From contig JBBSXC010000003.1 in the NCBI GenBank assembly GCA_038045945.1, forward strand, positions 188,414 through 252,413: a stretch of 64,000 bases of DNA, read 5' to 3'. Of the stretch, positions 28,633 through 38,031 are shown in pieces. This DNA comes from Nanobdellota archaeon. Lineage in GTDB: Archaea; Nanobdellota; Nanobdellia; Pacearchaeales; GW2011-AR1. How positions within the stretch are numbered: position 1 is the first letter of the stretch; every line of letters starts with the position of its first letter. Both the position numbers and the translations under genes were made by a program. The notes beneath the pieces were generated by a model that saw only the letters and a program-made list of their open reading frames with translations, did no database searches and had not been told where the DNA came from.

Positions 28633-30525
28633 TTATTTTAGTCTTATCGTTTCCAAATTTCTTGGAACTGTTGTTTCTACTCTGTGAAGTTTATGAATCG
28701 TACTAGCGAAGTCTAAACTTTTACTTTGTTCACCATGAACTATCATAACTCTTTTAGGTGCTGGAACACAATTATTAATGAATGCTACAAGTTGGTTTCT
28801 TAAAGAGTGGGATGAGAATCCTCCAATAGTGTTAACTTCTAAATTAATCTTAACTGATTCTTCCTTACCCTCAGCGTTAGGTATCGATAACTCTTTTTCA
28901 CCATCCTGAATTCTCCTGCCAAGTCCCCCAACACCCTGATAACAAACGAATACTAACCCGTTCTTTTCGTTAGAAGCAAACTCTTTTAGGTATTCTACAG
29001 ATGCTCCACCAACTAACATTCCACTAGTTGCCAGTACCACACAAGGCCCTCCCTCAATAACCTTTTTCCTTTCTTGAGGACTTCCAACTCTTTGGAATAT
29101 TTCTGAAGTGAAAGGGTTTTGGTCAGCAAATACCATACTTCTAACGTTAGCTGATAAAAAATCAGGATAAGCCGTATGAACAGCGTTAATATCCCAAATC
29201 ATACCATCAATGTAGATGGGAACTTTAGGTAAGGCTCCTCTACGCATAGCATCTTCTAAAATAAGCATTGTTTCTTGTGAACGACCAAGACCTAATTCAG
29301 GTATGAGTATTTTCCCCCCACGATCAATAATTCTCTTAATAATAGAAGCTAACAAGTCTTCCTGCTCAGCATAAGGAGGATAACGATCGTCTTTACCACC
29401 GTATGTTGACTCAATCATTATTGATTCAAGTCTTGGGAATGATGCTACAGCAGGATCAAGCAGTCTTGTTCTACCATACTTCATATCACCAGTATAAACA
29501 AAGTTGTGATTACCATTACCAATATTTAAGTGAAGCATAGCGCTTCCTAAAACGTGACCAGCATTATACATAGTTAACCTAATATCAGGGGTTATGTCAG
29601 TTACTTCATTATAGTTTAAGCATACTGAGTGACGCACCATTTCTTTAACGTCTTGAGGACCAAATAGAGGAGCCTCAGCTTTTTTGTAAGCTACTCCAAC
29701 AAAGTCTAAGTTAAGTAATGCTAAAATATCTCTTGTTGGTTGAGTCATATAACAAGGACCAGTATAACCCATCTTGTACAAGTATGGTAATAATCCACCA
29801 TGATCTATGTGAGCGTGACTTATAATTACTGCATCAAGATCACTTATTTTGAATTCAGGAATATCTAGGTATGGATACCTGTCTGATCCTTGACCAGCCA
29901 CATCAACACCACAATCTAATAAAACTTTTGATTCTGGCGTTTGAAGAAGGAAACATGATCTTCCAACTTGTCTAGATGCTCCTAAACATGTTACTCTAAC
30001 CCAACTCTTAGACTTTTCAGGATTCCACTCCTTGTAAATCTTCTTCCCTAAAGAATTAAGGAACTTCTTCCTATAAGCACTATTCAAATAAAGTACTCTC
30101 CTAATATTATCCGTGATTTTAGAATTAATCGCTGGGCTTCTTTGAATTGTAGGAGTCCAAAAAGTTTTATCCTTAATGTCTTGCAAGATCATTCCTTGCT
30201 TACCAATAGCCAAGCCAGGCTTCTTAGCATCGATTATTAGTATGCTTCTAGCAGAATCAAACAATACTTCGCTTATTTCTGCTTCAACAGGAACAAGTTC
30301 TCTAACAATTTTCTCAGTATCCTCTTGTTTAAGTAATAATGACTCAGCAGCTCGCAGCTCTATCCTTTTTTTAACCTTCTTAACAGTATCTCTAACTAAA
30401 GGGTCTCCAACTTTGAAGAATTCTCTATCTTCCGTGTATAATACGATGTTAGCTCCTTCAAATGTTGCTTCACTTATCTTCTTTTCTGGAAATTCTGCCA
30501 GAATTGTTTTCAAAATATCTGCCAT
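28633..30525 (-). CDS. fttA: beta-CASP ribonuclease aCPSF1 / transcription termination factor FttA
   Basis: N-terminal KH region (KKPGLAIGKQG), HAHIDH, AGHVLGS, YTGD, VHGE; downstream of proteasome beta. Confidence 0.96.
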   Translation of the reverse strand: MADILKTILAEFPEKKISEATFEGANIVLYTEDREFFKVGDPLVRDTVKKVKKRIELRAAESLLLKQEDTEKIVRELVPVEAEISEVLFDSARSILIIDAKKPGLAIGKQGMILQDIKDKTFWTPTIQRSPAINSKITDNIRRVLYLNSAYRKKFLNSLGKKIYKEWNPEKSKSWVRVTCLGASRQVGRSCFLLQTPESKVLLDCGVDVAGQGSDRYPYLDIPEFKISDLDAVIISHAHIDHGGLLPYLYKMGYTGPCYMTQPTRDILALLNLDFVGVAYKKAEAPLFGPQDVKEMVRHSVCLNYNEVTDITPDIRLTMYNAGHVLGSAMLHLNIGNGNHNFVYTGDMKYGRTRLLDPAVASFPRLESIMIESTYGGKDDRYPPYAEQEDLLASIIKRIIDRGGKILIPELGLGRSQETMLILEDAMRRGALPKVPIYIDGMIWDINAVHTAYPDFLSANVRSMVFADQNPFTSEIFQRVGSPQERKKVIEGGPCVVLATSGMLVGGASVEYLKEFASNEKNGLVFVCYQGVGGLGRRIQDGEKELSIPNAEGKEESVKINLEVNTIGGFSSHSLRNQLVAFINNCVPAPKRVMIVHGEQSKSLDFASTIHKLHRVETTVPRNLETIRLK

Positions 30526-30574
30526 TTTACAATATAAAAATTATCATTTTTAAAATTATGATTTTTACGAAAAA

Positions 30575-31249
30575 CTAATCGTTTTCGTACTTAGGGTCTA
30601 TTCTTTGCTTAACCACTTGTTTTATTCCATCTTTTGTTATTGAAAAAACGTCTATCCCATAACCACTACCAATATCCCTCTGAGTTGAGGACTTTATTGC
30701 TTCAAGCGCTAACTCTACTCCTTCCTTCATGCTTATGCCCTTCTTGTACTGTCTTTCTAATAAACCTAAAACGAATGGCATACCAGAACCAAAATTAGCA
30801 TCAAAATCTTCTATTTTTTTAACACTGCCAGCCGGTTCAATACTGTATAATTCGCAAGTACCATCATCGTTATATCCGCCCATTAAGAATCCAGCCATTG
30901 TCCCTGACTGCCTAATACCACGATATAATAAGTTTGCAAGTAAGTTAGCACCTTCCTTAACTGTTGGCCTAACTTTAGATCTTAATTCTTTAAGTCTTAA
31001 TTCTGCTGAAAGTACTTTTTCAGTCATTTTTATATCAGAAACCATACCAGTACCAGATATTGCCAAATAACCATTTATAAGAATAGTTTTTTCAGAGTCC
31101 TTATTCATAACAATATTTCCAGCAGTGCTTTGCCTATCAGAAGCAACTACTACACCATCTTTACAAACTATCCCAAGAATTGTAGTACCACTCTTAAGAG
31201 CGTTCTTGCTTAACTCTTCGCTAGCGTTTTGATTCATGTTGTTATTCAT
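30575..31249 (-). CDS. psmB: proteasome beta subunit
   Basis: Propeptide then G/TTILGIVCKDGVVVASD; GSG; RD..SG. Confidence 0.95.
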   Translation of the reverse strand: MNNNMNQNASEELSKNALKSGTTILGIVCKDGVVVASDRQSTAGNIVMNKDSEKTILINGYLAISGTGMVSDIKMTEKVLSAELRLKELRSKVRPTVKEGANLLANLLYRGIRQSGTMAGFLMGGYNDDGTCELYSIEPAGSVKKIEDFDANFGSGMPFVLGLLERQYKKGISMKEGVELALEAIKSSTQRDIGSGYGIDVFSITKDGIKQVVKQRIDPKYEND

Positions 31250-31366
31250 ATTTTTTTATTGATTAAGTAATTATTTTCTATAAAGAAGACCTCTAGTCAT
31301 AAAAATAACTGAGAACTTACACTCTTAGATTAAAATAGAGATATATAAACTTTGTGGTAGAAAAAT

Positions 31367-33445
31367 CTATTCAGAGATTACTTCCTTCTTTTCCGAACCC
31401 CTAACACCACTAACACCCTTCTCTTTACTAAGCTTTATCACATTATCAACGAAAGACTCAATCTTGTTCTCGTGCGATACGATGATTAGTTGTTCAGCAG
31501 AAAGTTCGTTAAGAACGTCACGCATCTTATCAAGTTGTTGATCTGAGAAGCCATCAGTAGGTTCATCAAGAATAACAAGATTCTTAGTTTTAAGATCAGA
31601 AAGCATAGAATTAATAGTTTTGTTAAGAGCTAAACGATAAGCTAGAGCAATAGCAGTCCTTTCACCACCAGAAAGATGAGCGTAGTCTAATTCGTAATCA
31701 TGCTGATAAACAATAGGAGTAAAATCCTCATCTAGAGAAACAGAAAAGTTTTCAGGAACTAAGATGTTAAACCATTCATTGAAAAGTTTAGAGAATTCTT
31801 CCCTCAACCTAATAAGAACGTTTCTCTCAGTAAAAGCAACAAGTTCCGAAAACTGGTTAGACAACCAGTCATAGATCTCTAAAATTTTATTAAGATTAGC
31901 CTTAGTATCTTCCTTCTTCTTAATCTCATTACTCATCTCAATAATGATCATCTTAGTGAGCTGGATCTCTTTAGCTATACCACCACGAGCCAGGTCTGCC
32001 TCTCTCTCAAGCTTTAAAGCAGCACGAAAATCCTCTTCAGTCTTAGAATAAATCAAGTCATACTTAGCTAGTTCTCTAATATGATCCTTTAACAAATCAA
32101 TGTTAGATGAAAGCATATCAACGTCTTTCAGAGCCGATTCTTTTCTTTTGTAATCATCTAAAAGCTTATTCTCCTTATCACTCATACTACTAATTCTTAA
32201 CTTGTTAAGCTGAACTTGAGAGAATTGCCTCTCAATGTCTTTACGCTTACCAATAATAATACTCATGTCATTATCAAACTTCATTATTTTTTGATCACAA
32301 TCCTTAATTATCAAAAGGTTCTTTTCTAAATCATCATCAAACTTCCGAAAAATATTAGTTTTGTAATTATTATCAACGTTTTGCAAACAAGTGGGACATA
32401 ACTGTATTTGCATAATTCTCTCCTTCAAAGAATTAATCTCCATATTCCTAGCCTTCAACGACTTACTCTTAACAATATAATCAAAATTTTCTTTCTTCTT
32501 ATCATCCTCAAGAATTTCCAAATCTTTCTTTTCAAGTTCCAAATTCTTAATTAGTTCATCAGAAAAAGATAAACCCTTAATATCACTAATTTCTTTATTA
32601 AGAATAGTTATTTCCTTATCCATATTAGTAACAAGTTCCTTCTTACCTAAAACAGCAACTTTTATTTTCTCAATTTCTTGCTCTAACTTCTTTTTTTCAT
32701 CAATCTTTGTTTTAGTCGCAGATAATTCCATCTCAATAGTCTTTCTAGCAAGAATGAAAGTTTCTAACTCCACTTGCGAATCAACAAAGTTCTTTTCTAA
32801 AACTTTCAAGACTTGCTTTCTCTCATCTAATTGTTGTTTCTTATCATCTAAATCCCTAATTACCCCTTCCTTATTCCTTATGTCTTCCCTAAGATAAGTT
32901 GATAATAAAGAAACATTCTCCTTAATATTTTTGTACTTGTTAACACCAAAAACGTGCCTTATCGCATTAAGTCTAGTTTGAGAATCCTCTAAAATTATTT
33001 GTTTCATTTCCTCCTGAGGAGTATAAACAGTGAATTTGTAAAGGAGGTTAGTCTTCTTTGCGAACTCAATAGGATAATTTAACAATTTTAGTATCCTGTT
33101 CTTTAATTCAGAAGTTGCTACTTCTTCTCTCAAACCACCCATAGTTATGAAGGCCTCTTCTTGACTGATAGTCTTACTACCCCTCTCTAAGCCACGCTCA
33201 ATTATTATTTCTTTACCATCAATATCGAGTTCCAAACGAACACTGCCAAAATCCTTACCAAAACGAAGAAGCGATGAACCTCTCTGACCTGGTTGTAAAC
33301 CAAAAAGTGCGAACTCTATTGATAAAAGAATCGTGGTTTTCCCAGAGCCTATATCACCAGACAACAATAACGATCCTTTAGGAAAATCAATAGTTATTGA
33401 TTCGTAACTTCTAATATTTTCTAAACTAAGCCTCTTGATAAACAT
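31367..33445 (-). CDS. rad50: Rad50/SbcC ATPase
   Basis: GDIGSGKT Walker A, coiled coil with CPTC hook, LSGGE, LDEP, SH; start reassigned to MFIKRLSLEN. Confidence 0.93.
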   Translation of the reverse strand: MFIKRLSLENIRSYESITIDFPKGSLLLSGDIGSGKTTILLSIEFALFGLQPGQRGSSLLRFGKDFGSVRLELDIDGKEIIIERGLERGSKTISQEEAFITMGGLREEVATSELKNRILKLLNYPIEFAKKTNLLYKFTVYTPQEEMKQIILEDSQTRLNAIRHVFGVNKYKNIKENVSLLSTYLREDIRNKEGVIRDLDDKKQQLDERKQVLKVLEKNFVDSQVELETFILARKTIEMELSATKTKIDEKKKLEQEIEKIKVAVLGKKELVTNMDKEITILNKEISDIKGLSFSDELIKNLELEKKDLEILEDDKKKENFDYIVKSKSLKARNMEINSLKERIMQIQLCPTCLQNVDNNYKTNIFRKFDDDLEKNLLIIKDCDQKIMKFDNDMSIIIGKRKDIERQFSQVQLNKLRISSMSDKENKLLDDYKRKESALKDVDMLSSNIDLLKDHIRELAKYDLIYSKTEEDFRAALKLEREADLARGGIAKEIQLTKMIIIEMSNEIKKKEDTKANLNKILEIYDWLSNQFSELVAFTERNVLIRLREEFSKLFNEWFNILVPENFSVSLDEDFTPIVYQHDYELDYAHLSGGERTAIALAYRLALNKTINSMLSDLKTKNLVILDEPTDGFSDQQLDKMRDVLNELSAEQLIIVSHENKIESFVDNVIKLSKEKGVSGVRGSEKKEVISE

Positions 33446-34655
33446 CTCCTGACAAAACCTCCTTACTTCTTGATATGATACCTTGAGATTCCTCAAGACC
33501 TAAAACTCTTTTAGCCTCTGAAAGAATCCTCTCAGTGAACAATATTGACTTTTCATCTTCTTTCTTCTCAAATGATAATATGTGCATTAGAGGCTCTACA
33601 AACTTGTTCATGTCAGACTTGTTATCAAGAACGTACTTCTTGATTATATCCTCTTCCATATTAGGCAAAGCGTGATAACCATCAATTTTTATCTCCGAAT
33701 CCTCCCTGACTAATTTTGACGTACTCTTAAGAAAACAATAAGCTCCCTTCCCAGAAACAAAACTACCAATTTTTAAAAAATCAATATTATTAACGTTACC
33801 CTTCTCTAGAGAACCATACAACCTTAACAAGACTATTTTGTCACGCAGATCATGCTTCCCTAACTCAAAAAGTATTTGGTCAGTACCAACCAAAGCATTG
33901 GTGATTTTCATCTCTGCCCTAACAATTCCCTTAAGTTCTAATGCAACTTTTTTGTACTGGAATGGTAAAGTGTTTACTATGTAAAAACTCCCACCCTTTA
34001 ATTCTTCAATCTCCTCAAAATTATTAGGGAATGTTGGACCAGCATATACCATGTTGTTATACTCATAATCTATGTGCAAGTGCCCTAGAGCATAATAGTC
34101 TGCTTTTGGTAATTCTTTCTCATCAACAGAGTCTATTGGCAAACTCCCTATTGCGTCTTTTATGGATGTGTGAAGAGTTAATACTTTGAAGAATCCCGGA
34201 GAATCAATAAGTTTTATTCTCTTAACCTCAGGTATGTCAAGACCAGTCTTTTTCCCAGGATAACCATACAGCGCTACGTTTCCAATAATAGTTGGTGTAA
34301 GGTATATGTGGTCGTCTCCCTCCCTTAATTCTTGTTTGTGAATATTAGTGCATAAACCAGCATTTTCTAAAACATCCAAAAATGTTTTCCCACTTGAAGA
34401 ATAATCATGGCTTCCAGCAATAAAGTAGCAAGGTATCTGGGAATCCTTTAGTCTTCTAAGTTCCCTAAATGTTTCTTTCAATACTTCTATTGATGGATAC
34501 GGAGAATCAAACAAGTCCCCAGCTATTAAAACAAAATCTAATTTTTCTTTTATGCAAACCTCTATGGTTCTGGAAAAACAAGCCATATTCAGCGCCTGTA
34601 ATTCCGGATGCCTCCAACTACCTAAATGACAATCAGACAAGTGCGCAAACCTCAT
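33426..34655 (-). CDS. mre11: Mre11/SbcD nuclease
   Basis: SDCHLG, AGDLFD, GSHD, LGHLH phosphoesterase motifs; upstream of rad50. Confidence 0.95.
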   Translation of the reverse strand: MRFAHLSDCHLGSWRHPELQALNMACFSRTIEVCIKEKLDFVLIAGDLFDSPYPSIEVLKETFRELRRLKDSQIPCYFIAGSHDYSSSGKTFLDVLENAGLCTNIHKQELREGDDHIYLTPTIIGNVALYGYPGKKTGLDIPEVKRIKLIDSPGFFKVLTLHTSIKDAIGSLPIDSVDEKELPKADYYALGHLHIDYEYNNMVYAGPTFPNNFEEIEELKGGSFYIVNTLPFQYKKVALELKGIVRAEMKITNALVGTDQILFELGKHDLRDKIVLLRLYGSLEKGNVNNIDFLKIGSFVSGKGAYCFLKSTSKLVREDSEIKIDGYHALPNMEEDIIKKYVLDNKSDMNKFVEPLMHILSFEKKEDEKSILFTERILSEAKRVLGLEESQGIISRSKEVLSGDVYQEA

Positions 34656-34684
34656 TTTTTATTTATTCCTCATTTTTTATTTAT
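34650..34684. repeat. 17-bp tandem direct repeat covering the mre11 start codon
   Basis: cctcattttttatttat at 34650-34666 and 34668-34684. Confidence 0.85.
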
Positions 34685-34685
34685 G

Positions 34686-34772
34686 ATGTCAAAATGTTTA
34701 GACTTACATTTTGAGCATGCCGAAAACGAGCACTTTTTTAGTGATCGTTTTCTTGATACTAACAAGTATCAA
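34686..34772 (-). promoter_or_regulatory. three consecutive stem-loops in the predicted mre11-rad50 5' leader (cis-regulatory RNA or operator array)
   Basis: Inverted repeats 34753-60/34765-72, 34722-29/34745-52, 34689-97/34706-14; TTATATAA at 34797-34804. Confidence 0.6.
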
Positions 34773-34831
34773 CTTAAGCTATAAACCAAAAAAGAGTTAT
34801 ATAAGGATTGTTGTAATGAATTTAGTAAATT

Positions 34832-35275
34832 TCAGATTACAGCTTTCCTATCATACCCAACAACCCAAGAATCTCCAAGTATTCTCTGCATATCTACAAG
34901 ATGATCTCTACTCGGACGAATTTTATAATCATCAGAACCAAGATCAGGATTAGACACCGATAATACTCTTTTACCCTCATATTTACCAGCACCAGCAAAA
35001 ACTTCTCCCCAACCCGCACCTGCGATACGGTAAGCCGATCCCGTAGGAGCAGGGACCTTATCCGTTCTACCAACATCAACCATTTCAAAACTAATTCCCA
35101 ATTCTTTTAGTCCGCCCTCCAGAATTAGTCGGTGCCTCTCACCTTCACCCCTAGTCTCTGAAAAGAACATGAAGGGTTCCTCTCTTCCAGCGATAGTAGC
35201 ATACACTTGAACCATTTTATGACCAGAATAATCAGTAATTCCGCTTTGCGGAAGCCTAAGATGATCTTTAATCAT
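34832..35275 (-). CDS. hypothetical protein, possible Janus/PHPT1-like fold
   Basis: GHKMVQV..RHRLI..AGAG..GSDDY..DHL pattern. Confidence 0.5.
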   Translation of the reverse strand: MIKDHLRLPQSGITDYSGHKMVQVYATIAGREEPFMFFSETRGEGERHRLILEGGLKELGISFEMVDVGRTDKVPAPTGSAYRIAGAGWGEVFAGAGKYEGKRVLSVSNPDLGSDDYKIRPSRDHLVDMQRILGDSWVVGYDRKAVI

Positions 35276-35356
35276 GACAGTTTAGCATTTTAAGAAGTTT
35301 ATAATCATTATTGAAGTGATCGACAATAATATAAATGAGTATTACGTTGATTTTTT

Positions 35357-35908
35357 ATGCTCCTTAGAAACATTCTTAACATAAACATAAGCAATTTCCT
35401 TGCTGGATTAATAGCAGCAATATTTTATTTAACTGCAGGTTTCCTTTTAGGATTATTTGTCAATAAAGCTTTGAAAAAGCTTTCAAAACAAGCTCGTTTA
35501 GAAAAGGGTAGGTCTTATAATTTTATTAGACTTTTCATAACAATTATAACTTGGTCAATATACATTTTATTCATCTATTTAGCCTTAGTAGAACTAAACA
35601 TCCCACTATTTACAAGGTGGCTAACATCAATACTTGTCGTAATCCCGGCAGTAACAGGAGCATTAGTACTAATAGTTGTAGGATTCACAATAGCGACTTA
35701 CCTAAAGAACGTAATTGAAGAAAGTAAGATTGATGGAGGAAAAATATTATCAGAAACATTATACTTCTTCGCGCTTTACGTATTCTCAGTATTCGCACTA
35801 AAAACAGCACTAATAACCATTGATTCACAAATAGTCAATTACTTAATTCTAATACTAACAGGAATAATAGGACTAGGAATAGCTTATAGAAACGTAAGAA
35901 AAGAATAA
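35357..35908 (+). CDS. membrane protein with TM_helix repeats (MscS N-terminal/CmpX-like)
   Basis: IPAVTGALVLIVVGFTIA repeat-like segments, multi-TM. Confidence 0.65.
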   Translation: MLLRNILNINISNFLAGLIAAIFYLTAGFLLGLFVNKALKKLSKQARLEKGRSYNFIRLFITIITWSIYILFIYLALVELNIPLFTRWLTSILVVIPAVTGALVLIVVGFTIATYLKNVIEESKIDGGKILSETLYFFALYVFSVFALKTALITIDSQIVNYLILILTGIIGLGIAYRNVRKE

Positions 35909-35922
35909 AACAAAATAATTTT

Positions 35923-36447
35923 TTATATTAATCCCCAACCTCTAAGTGTTGCCTCAACTAAGTCCTTCTTAAAAATAAACAGACCTAAAACACCAAGAAC
36001 TATTAGAAGAATTAAAGTTAAGAAAATAACAAGTCCAAGACCGTGAGCTTTAGGCGTGCCAGAAACATCAGCTAACCTCTTATAATCACTAGGCGAAGAA
36101 GCAGGCTTAGGAAGAGGCTTATAAGAAACACTTTGAGAAGAGGAGGATGAAGAAGGAAGTTGCTGATAAGCCATAGTAGCAGGAGTTTTTGGTGCTGAAG
36201 AAAGCCCAGGATTTTGAGCAGGAGTAGAAGGAGATGACTGGGGAATGCTTGGCGCTTGATAACTGCCCGAAGGAGGAGCAGGCCTAGAGTTAGCAATCGA
36301 ACTACCACCAGCCATTAAAGCAGCCGCAGAATCATCAACGTCCTGAGAGGAATAACCAGCATTAATAAAACTCTTCTTAGAAAACTCTAATGAATAACCT
36401 CTTGATAGAGCTGATTTTAAACCAGCCATTATCTCCGCTTTTTCCAT
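35923..36447 (-). CDS. hypothetical protein: helical N-domain, Pro/Ser linker, C-terminal TM
   Basis: ALSRGYSL..FINAGYS..V N-domain; low-complexity linker; TM. Confidence 0.75.
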   Translation of the reverse strand: MEKAEIMAGLKSALSRGYSLEFSKKSFINAGYSSQDVDDSAAALMAGGSSIANSRPAPPSGSYQAPSIPQSSPSTPAQNPGLSSAPKTPATMAYQQLPSSSSSSQSVSYKPLPKPASSPSDYKRLADVSGTPKAHGLGLVIFLTLILLIVLGVLGLFIFKKDLVEATLRGWGLI

Positions 36448-36583
36448 AACTAGTTCCAAGATTAATGATTATTAAAAGCTTGTTGTTTAAGAATTGCAAA
36501 AAATTATTATGAGAAAAACTAATAATTTGTACAACATTTATTATTCATAAACTATTTAAAGAAGTTAATGAGTTAGGAGTATT

Positions 36584-37282
36584 ATGTTCGATAATAATTG
36601 TTTGAATTGTGGATCAAAAATAAGCAAAAAGAGTAATTTTTGCTCCGGTTGCGGTTTTGACTTAAGTAAGAATTATGACTCTAGAGATTACGGAATGTTA
36701 GGAAGAGACGATAATGGTCCACTAGGAGAATTGCCAATGGGTTTAGGATCACTACTTGGAAATCTAATGAATGAGATGAATAAGCAAATGAGCAGAGCAA
36801 TGGGAGAAAACATGAAAGGAATGAATGAAGAAAAACAAAATAATAAAGTTAAAAGAGTTAAACAATCAGGAATAAGCATAAGCATTTCATCATCAACTAA
36901 CGGTCAACCAAAAATAAGCATAAAAAAATTCGGTGACGCAAACCTAGGATCTAGCAAAGAAGAATTCTCACAAGAAATAGAGGAAATAATACCAAGTAAC
37001 AAGATGTCAGACGATAAGGCAATTAGAGTTTCTAAACTACCTAAAGAAGAAGCAAAATCAAAAGTTAGAAGAATAGGAGAAAAACTAGTTTACGAAATAG
37101 AAGTACCAGGAGTAAAAAAGCTTGATGATATAATAATTAACAAATTAGAAGAAAGTATTGAAATAAAAGCTTTCAGCGACAAAACATCATACTGGAAAAA
37201 TTTACCAGTAACACTACCAATAACAAAGTACAAGTTATCAAAAGAAGGAATACTAACAATAGAATTAACAAGCGAAGAATAA
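36584..37282 (+). CDS. Zn-ribbon plus Hsp20/alpha-crystallin-like protein
   Basis: CLNCG..FCSGCG; EIEVPGV..EIKA..GILTIEL; GGAG RBS. Confidence 0.75.
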   Translation: MFDNNCLNCGSKISKKSNFCSGCGFDLSKNYDSRDYGMLGRDDNGPLGELPMGLGSLLGNLMNEMNKQMSRAMGENMKGMNEEKQNNKVKRVKQSGISISISSSTNGQPKISIKKFGDANLGSSKEEFSQEIEEIIPSNKMSDDKAIRVSKLPKEEAKSKVRRIGEKLVYEIEVPGVKKLDDIIINKLEESIEIKAFSDKTSYWKNLPVTLPITKYKLSKEGILTIELTSEE

Positions 37283-37288
37283 AAAAAA

Positions 37289-37885
37289 TTATTTCTTTAT
37301 TAAAGAAGAAACTTTCTGGAAAAACTCTTGATGATCCTTAACTCTTACAACACCACTAGGTAACTCTCTGTCAATATTCCAAGGCATAGTTAAAACAAAA
37401 GGAGTTATACCCTCCTCTAAACAATGAATAGCGTTATCCAAACAGTCTTCAAGAATAAAACTAACACCTTGCTCTGCACAAACCTTACCCTTATTCAAAC
37501 GCATACCATTCTTATCAAGACCATGAACCAGCTTAATGTGTGAACCAAAATGTTTTTTTAACCAATCGTGAGACTTCTTCCAACCAGTACCAGAACGATA
37601 AGTAACAATGACTAAATCAATACCTAAAGAGGTAAACTCTTCCAAAACCCTGATAACACCATCATAAGGAATCAAAGAATCAAAATCTGCAGAGTTGTAA
37701 TAGGACTCAACAATACCCCAGGCTTCATCCTGACTTATTCCTAAAAGTTTAGCAATATTGAGAGTCTTGATATTATCATAACTAATACTAGTACCATGAT
37801 TGTTATTATGAAAATCTGAAAAACCCTTCATAAAACCCGTCAGTACATCATCAAGATCTAAACAAACCTTAACCTTGTTAACCAT
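37289..37885 (-). CDS. HAD family 5'(3')-deoxyribonucleotidase (NT5C-like)
   Basis: DLDDVL, VTYR, K..ILED, PWN motifs. Confidence 0.85.
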   Translation of the reverse strand: MVNKVKVCLDLDDVLTGFMKGFSDFHNNNHGTSISYDNIKTLNIAKLLGISQDEAWGIVESYYNSADFDSLIPYDGVIRVLEEFTSLGIDLVIVTYRSGTGWKKSHDWLKKHFGSHIKLVHGLDKNGMRLNKGKVCAEQGVSFILEDCLDNAIHCLEEGITPFVLTMPWNIDRELPSGVVRVKDHQEFFQKVSSLIKK

Positions 37886-37936
37886 CAAAAAATACACCAA
37901 AATTAATCATTATAAACTTATCCATAAAGAAAAAAA

Positions 37937-38031
37937 TGAGCCTGCGAGGATTTGAACCTCGGACCTCTGCCTCTCTGATCTCAACTTTGAAAATATCAGA
38001 GCAGCGTTCTGCCGGGCTGAACTACAGGCTC
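37937..38031 (-). tRNA. tRNA-Ile(GAU) with 21-nt canonical 37/38 intron (37973-37993)
   Basis: Acceptor GAGCCTG/CAGGCTC, D arm GTTC/GAAC, anticodon stem CTGCT/GGCAG, GTTCAAATC T loop; BHB with CTGA/TCAG helix and TAT/AGA bulges; no encoded CCA; oligo-T follows. Confidence 0.93.

Noticed and set aside
31290-31315. Small hairpin in the psmB leader
   Set aside because: Short stem with a wobble and a bulge; not distinguishable from background
34686-34772. Hairpin cluster as a CRISPR mini-array or tRNA fragment
   Set aside because: Stems share no repeated sequence, no cas genes are present, and there is no T-loop or acceptor stem
34711-34953. 80-aa + strand ORF across the hairpin leader
   Set aside because: TTG start, overlaps a better minus-strand gene and the mre11 promoter, no recognisable features
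36500-36530. AAATTATTA/TAATAATTT inverted repeat upstream of the Hsp20-like gene as a heat-shock operator
   Set aside because: All A/T, likely by chance, and no matching element upstream of the thermosome gene
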